DNA of 64,000 nt from Pseudomonadota bacterium. Lineage in GTDB: Bacteria; Pseudomonadota; Alphaproteobacteria; JBCCHK01. The notes under the pieces were generated by a model that saw only the letters and a program-made list of their open reading frames with translations, had not been told where the DNA came from and ran no database searches. Every line of letters begins with the position of its first letter. The stretch's first letter is position 1. The DNA is taken from NCBI GenBank assembly GCA_039028835.1, contig JBCCHK010000004.1:2497-66496 (forward strand), written 5' to 3'. Shown one piece after another: positions 18,111 to 27,670 of the stretch. The translations under genes and the position numbers were made by a program.

Positions 18111-20069
18111 ATGAATCGCATCATCCCATCTCTCTCGCGCCGCCGTTTTCTTCTCGGCGCGACGGCGATGGGGCTGCACCCCTTTACCCTTCATGCCGCC
18201 AGCGACCAGGTGCACCTGCGCCTGATCGAAACCACCGATGTGCATGTGCACCTCCTTGCTTACGATTATTATGCCGACCAGCCCGTCGATACGGTGGGCC
18301 TGGCGCGCACCGCAAGCCTGATCGAGCAGGTTCGCGCCGAGGCCGGAGGTGGTGAGGGGACCTTGCTCCTTGATGCCGGGGATTTTCTGCAAGGCAGTCC
18401 CTTGGGCGATTATGCTGTGCGCGCCGCCCCGCGCGATGCGCCCCATCCGGTCATGGCAGCGATGAATGCGCTGGGGTACGATGCCGCCGCGATTGGCAAT
18501 CACGAGTTTAATTACGGTTTGGATTTTCTTACCCATGCCCTTGCCGGGGCGCGGTTTCCGGTACTCTGCGCGAATGTGTTGCGTGGCACCATCCCGGCAG
18601 CACCGCCCTTGTTTACCCCTTATATTTTGCTGGATCGGCATCTTAGAGATGGCGCGGGGCAAACCCATATCTTGCGCGTTGGGGTGATCGGCTTTGTGCC
18701 GCCCCAGATCATGCGATGGGATCACCATCACCTGACGGGCAAGGTCATGGCGATCGATATCCTCGCCGCCGCCGAACGCTACCTGCCGGAGATGCGGGAG
18801 CGTGGCGCGGATCTGATTATCGCCCTTGCCCACACGGGCATCGGCTCGGCGCGGGCCCATGCTGGGATGGAGAATGCCGCTGTACCATTAGCGCGGATGC
18901 CGCTCATCGATGGGGCGTTATTGGGACACAGCCACCGGGTCTTTCCCGGGCCGGACTATCGCGGTTTTCGCGCAGTGGATATCGATGCCGGCACTGTCAG
19001 CGGCACCCCGGCGGTCATGGCCGGCTTTTGGGGATCGCACATGGGCCTGATCGATCTGTTGCTGGGGCGTGATGGTGGGCGGTGGCGGATTCTCGCCAGC
19101 GAGAGCGTCGCGCGCCCGATTGCCACGGCGCAAAGACCGTCCCGGGCGTTGGTCCCCAGCGCGCCATCTGTGCGCCGCGCCGTACACAAGGCTCATACAG
19201 GCGCCCTTGCCTACCTGCGCCGTCCGGTGGGCACAAGCCAAGCGCCGCTTCATTCCTATTTTGCCCTGGTCGCCCCCAGTACGGCGGTGGCCCTGATTAA
19301 CCAGGCGCAGGCATGGTCCGTGCGCACCCATCTTGCTGGCACGGCTTGGCAAGATTGGCCGGTGCTCTCCGCTGCGGCGCCGTTTCGGGTCGGCTATGGT
19401 GGGCCGGAGAATTACACCGATATCCCTGCAGGTGCGATCACAATGCGCAATCTGGCGGACCTGTATCGCTATCCCAACACCGTTCAGGCCTTAGACATCA
19501 ATGGTGCGGTGCTGCGGGCTTGGTTGGAGCGTTCGGCGTCGATGTTCGCCCGTTTGATTCCCCGCGAGACCGAACAAACTCTGATTGATCCGAGGTTTCG
19601 CGCCTATAATTTCGATGTCATTAGCGGTGTGCGTTATCAGATCGATCTCTCAAAGCCCGCGCGATATCACCCCCGAGGCGGGTTGGTCAATAAAACCGCA
19701 CGGCGGGACACCGCCCATCGAATTGTAGACCTGCGTTTTGCGGACCGGCCCGTCACCAACGAGGACCGTTTTGTCTTGGCCACCAACAGTTTTCGCGCCA
19801 GCGGCGGCGGCCGGTTTCCTGTCGGCGATCATAGGGTCATCCTGCGCACCCCGGAGACCAACCGCCGCGCCATTGAACGCTATGTGCAGGCGCATCAGGG
19901 GATCATGGCCACGCACCATGACACGTGGTCTTTGCGGGCGATGCCTGGCACCAGCGCGGTCTTTACAACGGGTCCCGGCGCGGCGCGTTATGCGGCCCGA
20001 TCGGGTCTTGCCCTCACTGAACTGGGTCTTAATCGCGCAGGGTATCTGCGCTACCGTCTTGATCTATAG
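18111..20069 (+). CDS. Periplasmic 2',3'-cyclic-nucleotide 2'-phosphodiesterase / 3'-nucleotidase (CpdB, 5'-nucleotidase family) with a Tat signal
   Basis: Twin-arginine motif SRRRFLLGATA, metallophosphoesterase motifs TTDVHVHL, DAGDFLQGS, GNHEFNYG and GHSH, and a C-terminal 5'-nucleotidase domain. Confidence 0.8.
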   Translation: MNRIIPSLSRRRFLLGATAMGLHPFTLHAASDQVHLRLIETTDVHVHLLAYDYYADQPVDTVGLARTASLIEQVRAEAGGGEGTLLLDAGDFLQGSPLGDYAVRAAPRDAPHPVMAAMNALGYDAAAIGNHEFNYGLDFLTHALAGARFPVLCANVLRGTIPAAPPLFTPYILLDRHLRDGAGQTHILRVGVIGFVPPQIMRWDHHHLTGKVMAIDILAAAERYLPEMRERGADLIIALAHTGIGSARAHAGMENAAVPLARMPLIDGALLGHSHRVFPGPDYRGFRAVDIDAGTVSGTPAVMAGFWGSHMGLIDLLLGRDGGRWRILASESVARPIATAQRPSRALVPSAPSVRRAVHKAHTGALAYLRRPVGTSQAPLHSYFALVAPSTAVALINQAQAWSVRTHLAGTAWQDWPVLSAAAPFRVGYGGPENYTDIPAGAITMRNLADLYRYPNTVQALDINGAVLRAWLERSASMFARLIPRETEQTLIDPRFRAYNFDVISGVRYQIDLSKPARYHPRGGLVNKTARRDTAHRIVDLRFADRPVTNEDRFVLATNSFRASGGGRFPVGDHRVILRTPETNRRAIERYVQAHQGIMATHHDTWSLRAMPGTSAVFTTGPGAARYAARSGLALTELGLNRAGYLRYRLDL

Positions 20070-20205
20070 GTCCCAGTAGCGCAAGCAGGGGGGATATGCT
20101 AAAATCCGCCCACATCGCTCTTGCTTTGCGCTAGAAAACCGCACGAGCACGGGGGGCGAAGCAAACGATAAAAGAAACGACGAAACAAAATAATTTGTTT
20201 GTGAG

Positions 20206-20886
20206 ATGAAGCAAACCGTGATGATGGATGACGACCAACAGATCCGCGATGCCCTTGTTGTGGCCATGCTTGGCCATGCGGGCCGTCACGGTTGGGGTGA
20301 GTCGGCCCTTGCGATGGCCGAAGAAGAGGTCATAAAAACCCTGCCTGCCCGCGCCCAAGCCATGGTTTTGAGTGCCTTTAGTGGGCGCAGTGAACAGGTC
20401 GCAGAACACGTGTTTGACTGGCTCAATCGGGAGATGATCGCCCGGGTGACTCGCGCCCGGGACTTTGCCAAACAGTCTGTGCGGGAGAAAATATCCCGCC
20501 TGATCGAGGTCCGCTTTGCGATTCTTGCGGCTCATGACGCGGGTGCTCGAGCCTGGATGCGTTATCTATTGCCGCCGCCGCGTAGCGCGCGCGCCCTTGT
20601 CTGTGCGGGGCGTGCGGCTGATGCTATTTGGCGCGCCGCTGGGGATCGCAGCACGGATTCTAATTATTATACCAAGCGCGGGTTGCTCTTGCCGATTTTG
20701 GCCGCCTCGGGTGTCTATTGGCTTTCTAATCCCGATTCTGATCATTTGGGGCGTTTTATTCGCCGTGCAGTGAATGCGGCAGCCAAACCGCCACCGCTTC
20801 CGCCCTTTTCGCTCATTCGTGACACGATGGAGCGGGCGTTTTTATATGCGGGAGGTATGAAAAACACTTCCGCTAAAACTCGGTAA
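20206..20886 (+). CDS. COQ9-family protein (the rpsU-divergently-transcribed type)
   Basis: Size and helical pattern (RDALVVAMLGHAGRHGWGESAL, RIEVRFAIL, YYTKRGLL, YWLSN) resemble bacterial COQ9-like proteins. This is from memory of the family and has not been searched. Confidence 0.5.
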   Translation: MKQTVMMDDDQQIRDALVVAMLGHAGRHGWGESALAMAEEEVIKTLPARAQAMVLSAFSGRSEQVAEHVFDWLNREMIARVTRARDFAKQSVREKISRLIEVRFAILAAHDAGARAWMRYLLPPPRSARALVCAGRAADAIWRAAGDRSTDSNYYTKRGLLLPILAASGVYWLSNPDSDHLGRFIRRAVNAAAKPPPLPPFSLIRDTMERAFLYAGGMKNTSAKTR

Positions 20887-20898
20887 TACAGGCCCCCT

Positions 20899-21117
20899 AT
20901 GTCCAAAGAAGAACTCCTCACGATGACCGGCACGGTCATAGAAAAATTACCCTCTGCTACCTTTCGGGTGCGCCTAGAAAATGATCATGAGATCATCGCG
21001 CATACCGCCGGGCGGATGCGTAAGAATCGTATCCGCGTCATGGCAGGCGATAAGGTGGATATAGAAATGACACCCTATGACCTGAAAAAAGGTCGGGTTG
21101 TCTATCGTCATAAATAA
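20899..21117 (+). CDS. infA: Translation initiation factor IF-1
   Basis: 72-aa S1-like protein with [44 protein letters not shown]. Confidence 0.96.
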   Translation: MSKEELLTMTGTVIEKLPSATFRVRLENDHEIIAHTAGRMRKNRIRVMAGDKVDIEMTPYDLKKGRVVYRHK

Positions 21118-21131
21118 AACCTATACTTTTT

Positions 21132-21569
21132 ATGAATCTCTATCCCTGGGTGCTTTCTTTGCACGTCTTTTCTGCCTTTGCGTGGATGGCGGGCTTGTGG
21201 TATTTGCCTCGGCTTTTTGTCTATCACCAACCCACGGCGCACGACCCAAGCGCCGAGCCCTCGCCGACCTTGATGCTGATGGCGCGGCGGTTGTTGCGGG
21301 TGATTATGAATCCCGCCGCCCTGGCGGTGTGGGTCTTTGGTTTTATCCTGCTCACCCTTAATCCGGCGATTATGGCGCAGCCCTGGTTTCACCTTAAACT
21401 CACGTTGGTGGTGGGAATGAGTGTTTTTCACATGGTGTTGGCACGCCATCGGCGGTTGCTTGCCGAAGGTCGCTCCACGCGCTCGGCGCGATTTTACCGG
21501 CTCCTTAATGAGGTGCCGACAGTGCTGCTGCTTGGGATTCTCATCAGCGTGCTGGTGCGGCCCTTTTAA
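21132..21569 (+). CDS. hemJ: Protoporphyrinogen IX oxidase HemJ (UPF0093/CopD-like)
   Basis: Four TM segments and the signature WMAGLWYLPRLFVYH. Length is about 145 aa. Confidence 0.8.
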   Translation: MNLYPWVLSLHVFSAFAWMAGLWYLPRLFVYHQPTAHDPSAEPSPTLMLMARRLLRVIMNPAALAVWVFGFILLTLNPAIMAQPWFHLKLTLVVGMSVFHMVLARHRRLLAEGRSTRSARFYRLLNEVPTVLLLGILISVLVRPF

Positions 21570-22090
21570 GCGTTGTGGCTGGCGTGGCTGCTGGTCTTTT
21601 TCTGCTTTGCGCTGCGACGCAGGATCATGTTGCGCCGCACGGGCGAGAGATAATCGACGAAAAGTTTTCCCTTAAGGTGGTCGATCTCGTGCTGTAGGCA
21701 ACGAGCGAGCAAGCCTTGCGCGTCGAGCGTACAAGACTCCCCCGCAAGATCAAGATAGCGCACCGAGCAAGAAACGGGCCGGGTGATGTCGGCAAACTGG
21801 TCGGGCAAAGACAGACACCCTTCCTGTTTGATATCCATGTCCCCAGAGGTCTGAGTCAATTCAGGATTAATCAGCTTGAGCGGTTCGCCCACCTCATGCT
21901 CTAAATGAATCACGATTAATTGTTTGTTGATGCCGATTTGTGGAGCGGCCAGGCCGATGCCGCGGGCGTGATACATGGTGTCCACCATGTCATTGAGCAA
22001 GGTGTGTGTTTTTTTATCGATCTTAGCGACTGGTTTTGCTTTGCGGCGCAACGCTTTGTGCGGCGCGATAAGAATAGGATAGAGGGTCAT
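21566..22090 (-). CDS. def: Peptide deformylase
   Basis: Motifs GIGLAAPQIG, EGCLS and QHEIDHL. Its stop overlaps the hemJ stop within a TTAA sequence. Confidence 0.95.
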   Translation of the reverse strand: MTLYPILIAPHKALRRKAKPVAKIDKKTHTLLNDMVDTMYHARGIGLAAPQIGINKQLIVIHLEHEVGEPLKLINPELTQTSGDMDIKQEGCLSLPDQFADITRPVSCSVRYLDLAGESCTLDAQGLLARCLQHEIDHLKGKLFVDYLSPVRRNMILRRSAKQKKTSSHASHNA

Positions 22091-23334
22091 CCGATTTTGC
22101 GGGGCGGCTCTTTTGGGGTGATATCTTGTTCGGTGCCTTGCGCGACGGTGATTTGGGGCTGGCGGGTTGTGGTGTCGATAGGGGAAAGGTTAGGCAGGTT
22201 TTTTTTCGCAAGGTCTTCAAACTTGCGGACCGCAGGATAAAGATTATGATCGAGCGAACCGATGGCATTATTATAAGAGTCCACCGACTTATCCAATCTC
22301 TCGCCCAGTTTCACCAGGTGGCCCGCCATGACCGCCAGGCGGTCATGGACGTTGCGACTTTGTTCGAGGATGTCTTTGATCCGCCCAAGAAAGGCGGTTT
22401 GTTTCCAGCTGATTTCTATCGCGCGTAAAATACCGATCAGGGTGGTCGGGGTGGCAAACAGGATGTTTTCCCGGACACCAAGCTCGATCAATTCATGATC
22501 GTGCTGCAGGGCGGTAAGATAAAGGCCGTCTGAGGGAATATATAAAACCGTAAAGTCCAGTTCTTGGTCCATACCTTGCCAATAGGCTTTTTTCGCAAGT
22601 TCTCGCATCCGTGCGCGCACGTTGCGGGTGAGAAGGTCGATATGATTTTTTTTCTCTTGCGCGTCATCAGTGCGCAGGAAGGCATCATAGGCATCGAACG
22701 GTGTTTTGGCATCGACCGCCACCGCGCGATCGCCGGGCATATAGATAATCAGATCAGGCCGGCCAGATGAGAGGGAGGGCTGTGATTCATAGCTGTAGTG
22801 TTCGCCCAACCCGGCAATCTCCAGCACCCGCTTGAGGTGCATTTCCCCCCACTTGCCGCCTTCACTGGGGGAGCGTAGGGCGTTTGTCAGGCGTTGGGTT
22901 TCTTGCCGTGTTTTTTCTTGTAGGGTGCCCATGTCCTTAAGGCGGTCATTGACGCTGTGGATCGATTCATTGAGATTTTGTAGGGTTTGACCGACGGGGG
23001 TGACCATTTTTTCCACGGTTTTTTCTCGCTCAGCCAGCGTATCGCGGGCCCGCTCTAAGTGACGGGTGAGCTCGGATTGCGCCAGGCGCATCAGATTTTG
23101 CTGGCTTTGATCTAAAACCTCACCTGCGAGGCTTTTGAAAGAGTCACGCAAGGCGTCATCCTGGCGGCTTTGCTGCGCGAGGCGCTCACGCGCGTCTGTC
23201 AGGCGATCCCGCAGGCGCAGGGCATAAAACGCCAAGACAAGACAGCCCCCAAGTGCGCCGATGGCCATAAGACCGACCGCCAAGGGAAAGGCCAGGGACA
23301 AGGATTGGACGAGGGAAACCATGGCCGTCATCAT
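22087..23334 (-). CDS. rmuC: DNA recombination protein RmuC
   Basis: N-terminal TM helix, a long coiled coil, and the RmuC nuclease-like C-terminal domain (DLIIYMPGDRAVAVDAKTP, FTVLYIPSDG). It overlaps def by 4 bp. Confidence 0.85.
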   Translation of the reverse strand: MMTAMVSLVQSLSLAFPLAVGLMAIGALGGCLVLAFYALRLRDRLTDARERLAQQSRQDDALRDSFKSLAGEVLDQSQQNLMRLAQSELTRHLERARDTLAEREKTVEKMVTPVGQTLQNLNESIHSVNDRLKDMGTLQEKTRQETQRLTNALRSPSEGGKWGEMHLKRVLEIAGLGEHYSYESQPSLSSGRPDLIIYMPGDRAVAVDAKTPFDAYDAFLRTDDAQEKKNHIDLLTRNVRARMRELAKKAYWQGMDQELDFTVLYIPSDGLYLTALQHDHELIELGVRENILFATPTTLIGILRAIEISWKQTAFLGRIKDILEQSRNVHDRLAVMAGHLVKLGERLDKSVDSYNNAIGSLDHNLYPAVRKFEDLAKKNLPNLSPIDTTTRQPQITVAQGTEQDITPKEPPRKIG

Positions 23335-23451
23335 AGCATGATATTTTTGCCGCGATTATGGGATATCCCCGAGGATCGGGGCAAAACAGGCAAAACAGGC
23401 AAGGGGGGCAAGATATGATACGCTGGTGCGATGAGGACACGCTAAAAAAGC

Positions 23452-24816
23452 ATGATGAATCCCACCCCTCCCCATGAGAGCCCTCTCGATTCTGCGGTGA
23501 ACCCGCGCGGCGCGATGCGCGCCAGCGTGATGCGGTTGCAAGACCGCGCCCAGGCTCTCACGCCACCGCAGCCGCGCCAGGCGATCACGGCTGCTGAGAC
23601 TCTCACTGTGGCGCGTTCGCTGGCCCGCGGCCAGCGTCATGAGGCGGTGTTGCATCGTTTGCGCGATCGCTTGGCGGTGGATGAGGGGGCCGGTTTACCG
23701 CGCCAGGCCTGGCGTCTTGCGCCGCTGGTGTGGTCTTTGGGCTTGCATGAGGAAGATCAGACGCCGCGCCTTAAGGCGATCCTCGCCAACTACCAGGCGG
23801 CGATGGGTGAGGACTTTTTTGCCTATTTGCTCGAATCTTATCTGCTGAGCTACCAGCCTGGCTCCCTGCTGACATCGCAAAGTGCGCGCCTGTTGCAAAC
23901 CTTCTTGCCGCCGGCAGACAACCCATGGGCGGTACTACAGCGCAAGAGCGGGTTTCTAGAGCCCCTGGCGGGCCATAGAAAAGTCACCCAGGCCCTGTTG
24001 CTCACAGGGCTTTCGGTGCCGGAGACTCTCACGCAATTGGCGCACGGCCAAGAGCGTAGCCGCTTTGTTCAGGCCCTCATCAACGATCTGCCGGCGGTGG
24101 TGCAGGACCTGCCGTGGAGTCAGGTACGAGCGGAAGGATTGCGCGCCCTTCTTGCTCAAATCACCGATCATGCGGACGTGTGTCGCCTCGCCAGGACATT
24201 GCCCCATAGCTTGGTGCGTGGGCGGGGATTGGTGTGGGACCCTTGTGCGCGGGTGGTCTTCGACTTTTTGCTCTATCACTTTGGTGATCCGCGGCGGGAT
24301 GCTAAGCCTTGGCAAGAAATCGATGTTGCCTTGCCGCTCGGGTTTGCCTGGGCGATGCGGGCGGATATCGACCGGTTTTATGAAGACGGCGACCCGCACG
24401 GTTCTTTTTGGCGGACACTGTGGGGACAAGGTCATCTGATGGGGGTGTGGTGCGCGGACTCCGCTGCGCAAACCACGAACACAGCTGGCGCGGATGCGTC
24501 TGCTAACCTCGGGGTTGCCCGCTATGATGGAGTCGGCGCGGTATTGCTCATCCAGGTTGGCGAGCGCGTGCTGGCGGATATCGCCGCACAGGGAGTCTTG
24601 CGGGTTTGGCCCAAGACCAGCCGCCATGCGCCCCGGTTGTGGCAAGCGGTGTACCAGGCCAAAGACTTAGAGAAAGGACACTGGTGGCAAAGAGGCCGGG
24701 GGCGCACGTTTTTACTGGGTGATGCCTACCATCGACGTCGCTTGCGCAAGATTCTCGAGGCTGAATTAAAGACGGAGATTCCCCTCATCGGCGAGGTTGA
24801 GGGGATTTTAACCTGA
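23452..24816 (+). CDS. Hypothetical protein (454 aa, Arg/Leu/Ala-rich), no domain recognised
   Basis: Long ORF with GC-rich third codon positions, transcribed divergently from rmuC. The opposite-strand ORFs look like GC shadows. Confidence 0.5.
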   Translation: MMNPTPPHESPLDSAVNPRGAMRASVMRLQDRAQALTPPQPRQAITAAETLTVARSLARGQRHEAVLHRLRDRLAVDEGAGLPRQAWRLAPLVWSLGLHEEDQTPRLKAILANYQAAMGEDFFAYLLESYLLSYQPGSLLTSQSARLLQTFLPPADNPWAVLQRKSGFLEPLAGHRKVTQALLLTGLSVPETLTQLAHGQERSRFVQALINDLPAVVQDLPWSQVRAEGLRALLAQITDHADVCRLARTLPHSLVRGRGLVWDPCARVVFDFLLYHFGDPRRDAKPWQEIDVALPLGFAWAMRADIDRFYEDGDPHGSFWRTLWGQGHLMGVWCADSAAQTTNTAGADASANLGVARYDGVGAVLLIQVGERVLADIAAQGVLRVWPKTSRHAPRLWQAVYQAKDLEKGHWWQRGRGRTFLLGDAYHRRRLRKILEAELKTEIPLIGEVEGILT

Positions 24817-25902
24817 AGGCGTGGGCGATGGCGCGGACGGCGGTTCGGGGGATGATGCGGACGGCGGTTCAGGCGACGGTTCGGGTGATGGTTTGGATCG
24901 TGGCGGCGGCAGATTTGGGACGACCTTGCGCACGGCGGCGGCGGCCCGTTGCATATCCAGCAAGGGCGAGTATTTCCAGGTATCGATCGGCACAGTCATG
25001 GATCGAGTGATTCCCAAGGTCTTAAGGTGCATGTGAAACCTGCTGAACTTGTTCTCGCTATCGACGCCCCATCGCATGGGCGGGTTGAGAATATAGATGG
25101 GTTTGCCAGTAGAAGCCGCTTCGCTCACCATATTGATGCTGTCGGCGGTGACGAAAATGTGCGAAGCCGCCTCTAGAAATCCGAAATAGGGGTTGCGGAC
25201 GCCATCTTCTTGGCGCGGCGACCAAAACATCCGCGTGGGGATGAGCTTTTTGATCATCTCATCGAGCTCTGGCGGGGTGCGATGGCTGGCGGTAATCAGT
25301 AGCGAAAGGCCCACATCAGCAAGCTGTTGGGCGAGCCCCGCGATAAAGTCCCGATCATAGTTATAGACCTTATTAGGGCCGCCGATGAGCACTGCCCCGA
25401 ACCCGCCTGGCGGTGGCGCGCCTAAGTTGAGCTCGGCAAAGCCCTGCTTGAGACGCTCGGGCGTACAGCGGTGGAGTGCGCCGGTGGTCTTCAGGGTGTT
25501 GGTGCCAGAAATATCGTCGTGACTGGGGCAGATAATCAGTGAAAAATCCTTATGACCGCGGCCAGGGTCCTGAATATAGACGAGCTTGGTTTTGCCGGCG
25601 CTGAGTTGCCTGATGGATCGCGCAATGGGCACACTTCGCCGGCCCGAGGCAATCAAAAGGTCAGGCCATGGCGGATGGATATTGACGCTCGCAAGGGCCT
25701 GCCTTGCAGAGCCATAAGGGGCAACCAGAGACCACGGGAAGGGCAAAACCACCCGCAAAACGTGGGGGACAACCCCCAGAGCGTCCGCCAACCCCAAGCA
25801 TTGGTTTTCCATGCCAGGCGTGCCGTCGGTGATCACCCAATAGGGCGGAAAAACCTCGGGCGTCTGCGTGTTAGACGGTGCAGGATTGTCAGACACGATC
25901 AA
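24808..25902 (-). CDS. ELM1/DUF1022-family protein (mitochondrial-fission ELM1-like putative GT-B enzyme) with a Pro/Ser/Glu repeat tail
   Basis: N-terminal WVITDGTPGMENQCLGLADALG and overall length match the bacterial ELM1 family as I remember it. The C-terminal tail reads PSPEPSPEPPSASSPEPPSAPSPTPSG. Confidence 0.65.
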   Translation of the reverse strand: MIVSDNPAPSNTQTPEVFPPYWVITDGTPGMENQCLGLADALGVVPHVLRVVLPFPWSLVAPYGSARQALASVNIHPPWPDLLIASGRRSVPIARSIRQLSAGKTKLVYIQDPGRGHKDFSLIICPSHDDISGTNTLKTTGALHRCTPERLKQGFAELNLGAPPPGGFGAVLIGGPNKVYNYDRDFIAGLAQQLADVGLSLLITASHRTPPELDEMIKKLIPTRMFWSPRQEDGVRNPYFGFLEAASHIFVTADSINMVSEAASTGKPIYILNPPMRWGVDSENKFSRFHMHLKTLGITRSMTVPIDTWKYSPLLDMQRAAAAVRKVVPNLPPPRSKPSPEPSPEPPSASSPEPPSAPSPTPSG

Positions 25903-26058
25903 GCAAACCTATGAAACGGGATGGATGATGATGCCCAGATGACGATACCCCAGCGGCGTGGGAGAATGATCTATCATATTTTTGACATCATGGGACATAA
26001 GGAGTGTATACAGCCAAAAGAGAACATAGAAAAGTCTTAAAAAAGAATGCGCAAAGGT

Positions 26059-27444
26059 CTAGCAAAGATCAAAACGGGTGAGAGTCTTTGTTTGTCTAGC
26101 CTGCAGGGCGTCCTCATCGTGGTCTTCGATCATCTCGTTAAAGAGCTTATACCAGTTGATCTTGGCCGCAAGATGGATAAAGACCGACCCCAGCCCCAAG
26201 GCGGCCCGATCCATAAAAACAAACTCGCCGGGTGGTTTGACACCGCCGTGTTTGCGCAGTTCTATGTGGACTTTTTGCGCTTCGGCACGGCCATAAACCT
26301 CGCCGCCGCGAGGATCGATGAGACGACGCCGGTTATCGAGCACGGGACCAAAGATAAAGCGCGCCCAAATATCCAGCGTGCCGATCAGCTCTTTGTTCAG
26401 GTCGCGAAATCCCCACATCTCATAGGCTTCGGCGGTCATTTTGGCGTCATCGGTTTGCAAGGCACGGTATAAGGTAATCACCCCGGAAACCAACTTCGGC
26501 GGGAAAATACGCACACAACCAAAGTCCAGCAGGTTGAGCGTCCCCTCAGGCGCATGGGTATCGGGGTTTGTCTGTTTGCTGATGACGCTGTAGTTGCCTG
26601 CGTGGGGATCACCGTGCAAGACGCCATAGCGATACAAAGGCACGTACCAGGCTTGGAAGATGTTATAGGCAACCTGATCGCGCAGCTTTTGCGGCATGTC
26701 CTTAAGGGTCATAACATGTTGTCCCTCAAGCCAAGTGGCGGTCATGAGCCGGTCAGTGGACAGGGCCTCTAGGGGCTGAGGGATACGCACGCCTTCAAGG
26801 TCCGCAAACATATGGCGATAGAGGGCCATGTGTTGTCGTTCGCGCTGGTAGTCCAATTCTTCCCACAGCCGCCCGGCGATCTCGTCAAAAATCTCATCGG
26901 TGGCAATGGCCTTATCATAACGCTCGAAAATATTGAGTAAGAGCTTAAGGTTGCGCAGGTCCGCATCGACCGCTGTAGCCATGTCGGGGTATTGCAGCTT
27001 GCAGGCCACCAGGTGGCCCTCTTGGGTGCGGGCTTTGTGGACTTGCCCAAGGGAGGCGGCAGCGGTGGCTTGTCGGGGAAACTCGGCAAACAAGGATTGC
27101 CAGTCCTGGCCCAGCTCGAAAGCCATGCGCCGCTTCACAAAGGGCCAGCCCATGGGCGGGGCGTTGGATTGAAGGTCGCCAAAGGCCTGGGCGTATTCAG
27201 TGGGCACCGCATGGGGAATCATCGCCAGGATTTGGGCAACCTTCATGATCGGGCCCTTAAGCTCGCCTAAGATGGTTTTGATCTCGTCGGCGTGGGCCGT
27301 GCGGTCGATATCGATGCCAAAATAGCGCATGCCAGCGAGTTTGGTAGCAAGGCTGCCGACCGAGGAGCCGACTTTGGCATAGCGCTTAACCCGGCCCGAA
27401 AGGGCGCTCGTCCGCGATGACGGGGCCAGGTTATCTGGGGTCAT
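26059..27444 (-). CDS. ABC1/ADCK/UbiB-family atypical kinase; start trimmed to MTPDNLAPSS
   Basis: ABC1 motifs AAASLGQVHKA, HGDPHAGN and LLDFG. It lacks the C-terminal TM helices of canonical UbiB. The trimmed ATG forms an ATGA overlap with the upstream 49-codon ORF. Confidence 0.82.
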   Translation of the reverse strand: MTPDNLAPSSRTSALSGRVKRYAKVGSSVGSLATKLAGMRYFGIDIDRTAHADEIKTILGELKGPIMKVAQILAMIPHAVPTEYAQAFGDLQSNAPPMGWPFVKRRMAFELGQDWQSLFAEFPRQATAAASLGQVHKARTQEGHLVACKLQYPDMATAVDADLRNLKLLLNIFERYDKAIATDEIFDEIAGRLWEELDYQRERQHMALYRHMFADLEGVRIPQPLEALSTDRLMTATWLEGQHVMTLKDMPQKLRDQVAYNIFQAWYVPLYRYGVLHGDPHAGNYSVISKQTNPDTHAPEGTLNLLDFGCVRIFPPKLVSGVITLYRALQTDDAKMTAEAYEMWGFRDLNKELIGTLDIWARFIFGPVLDNRRRLIDPRGGEVYGRAEAQKVHIELRKHGGVKPPGEFVFMDRAALGLGSVFIHLAAKINWYKLFNEMIEDHDEDALQARQTKTLTRFDLC

Positions 27445-27590
27445 AAAAGCGCGGCCGCGAGAATCAGCAACACAACGCCGGTCAAAATCGTGCATACAGT
27501 GCCGATCCGTAGCAAGGTACGCCCAATATGAAGGCGTCCATCCAGCATGGATTGATACAGCTTGTCTTGGTCTTTTGAGGCCCGGGCCAT
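27441..27590 (-). CDS. Candidate small membrane protein, 49 aa (MARASKDQDKLYQSMLDGRLHIGRTLLRIGTVCTILTGVVLLILAAALL); not in the ORF track because it is under 60 aa
   Basis: My own translation. AAGGA lies about 9 nt upstream of the ATG. It has a C-terminal hydrophobic helix, and its TGA stop overlaps the ATG of the ABC1 kinase gene. Confidence 0.35.
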   Translation of the reverse strand: MARASKDQDKLYQSMLDGRLHIGRTLLRIGTVCTILTGVVLLILAAALL

Positions 27591-27670
27591 ACAGCGATTA
27601 TCCTTGGAGTTCGTGTGAAGGGACGGCTCTATCCTAGCGTGTTTTGCCGGACTTGTTGAGGGGGATCGGA

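Noticed and set aside
20078-20130. Imperfect inverted repeat TAGCGCAAGCA ... TGCTTTGCGCTA after the cpdB-like gene, as a terminator or sRNA.
   Set aside because: It has one mismatch, a loop of about 30 nt and no U-tract, so the evidence is insufficient.
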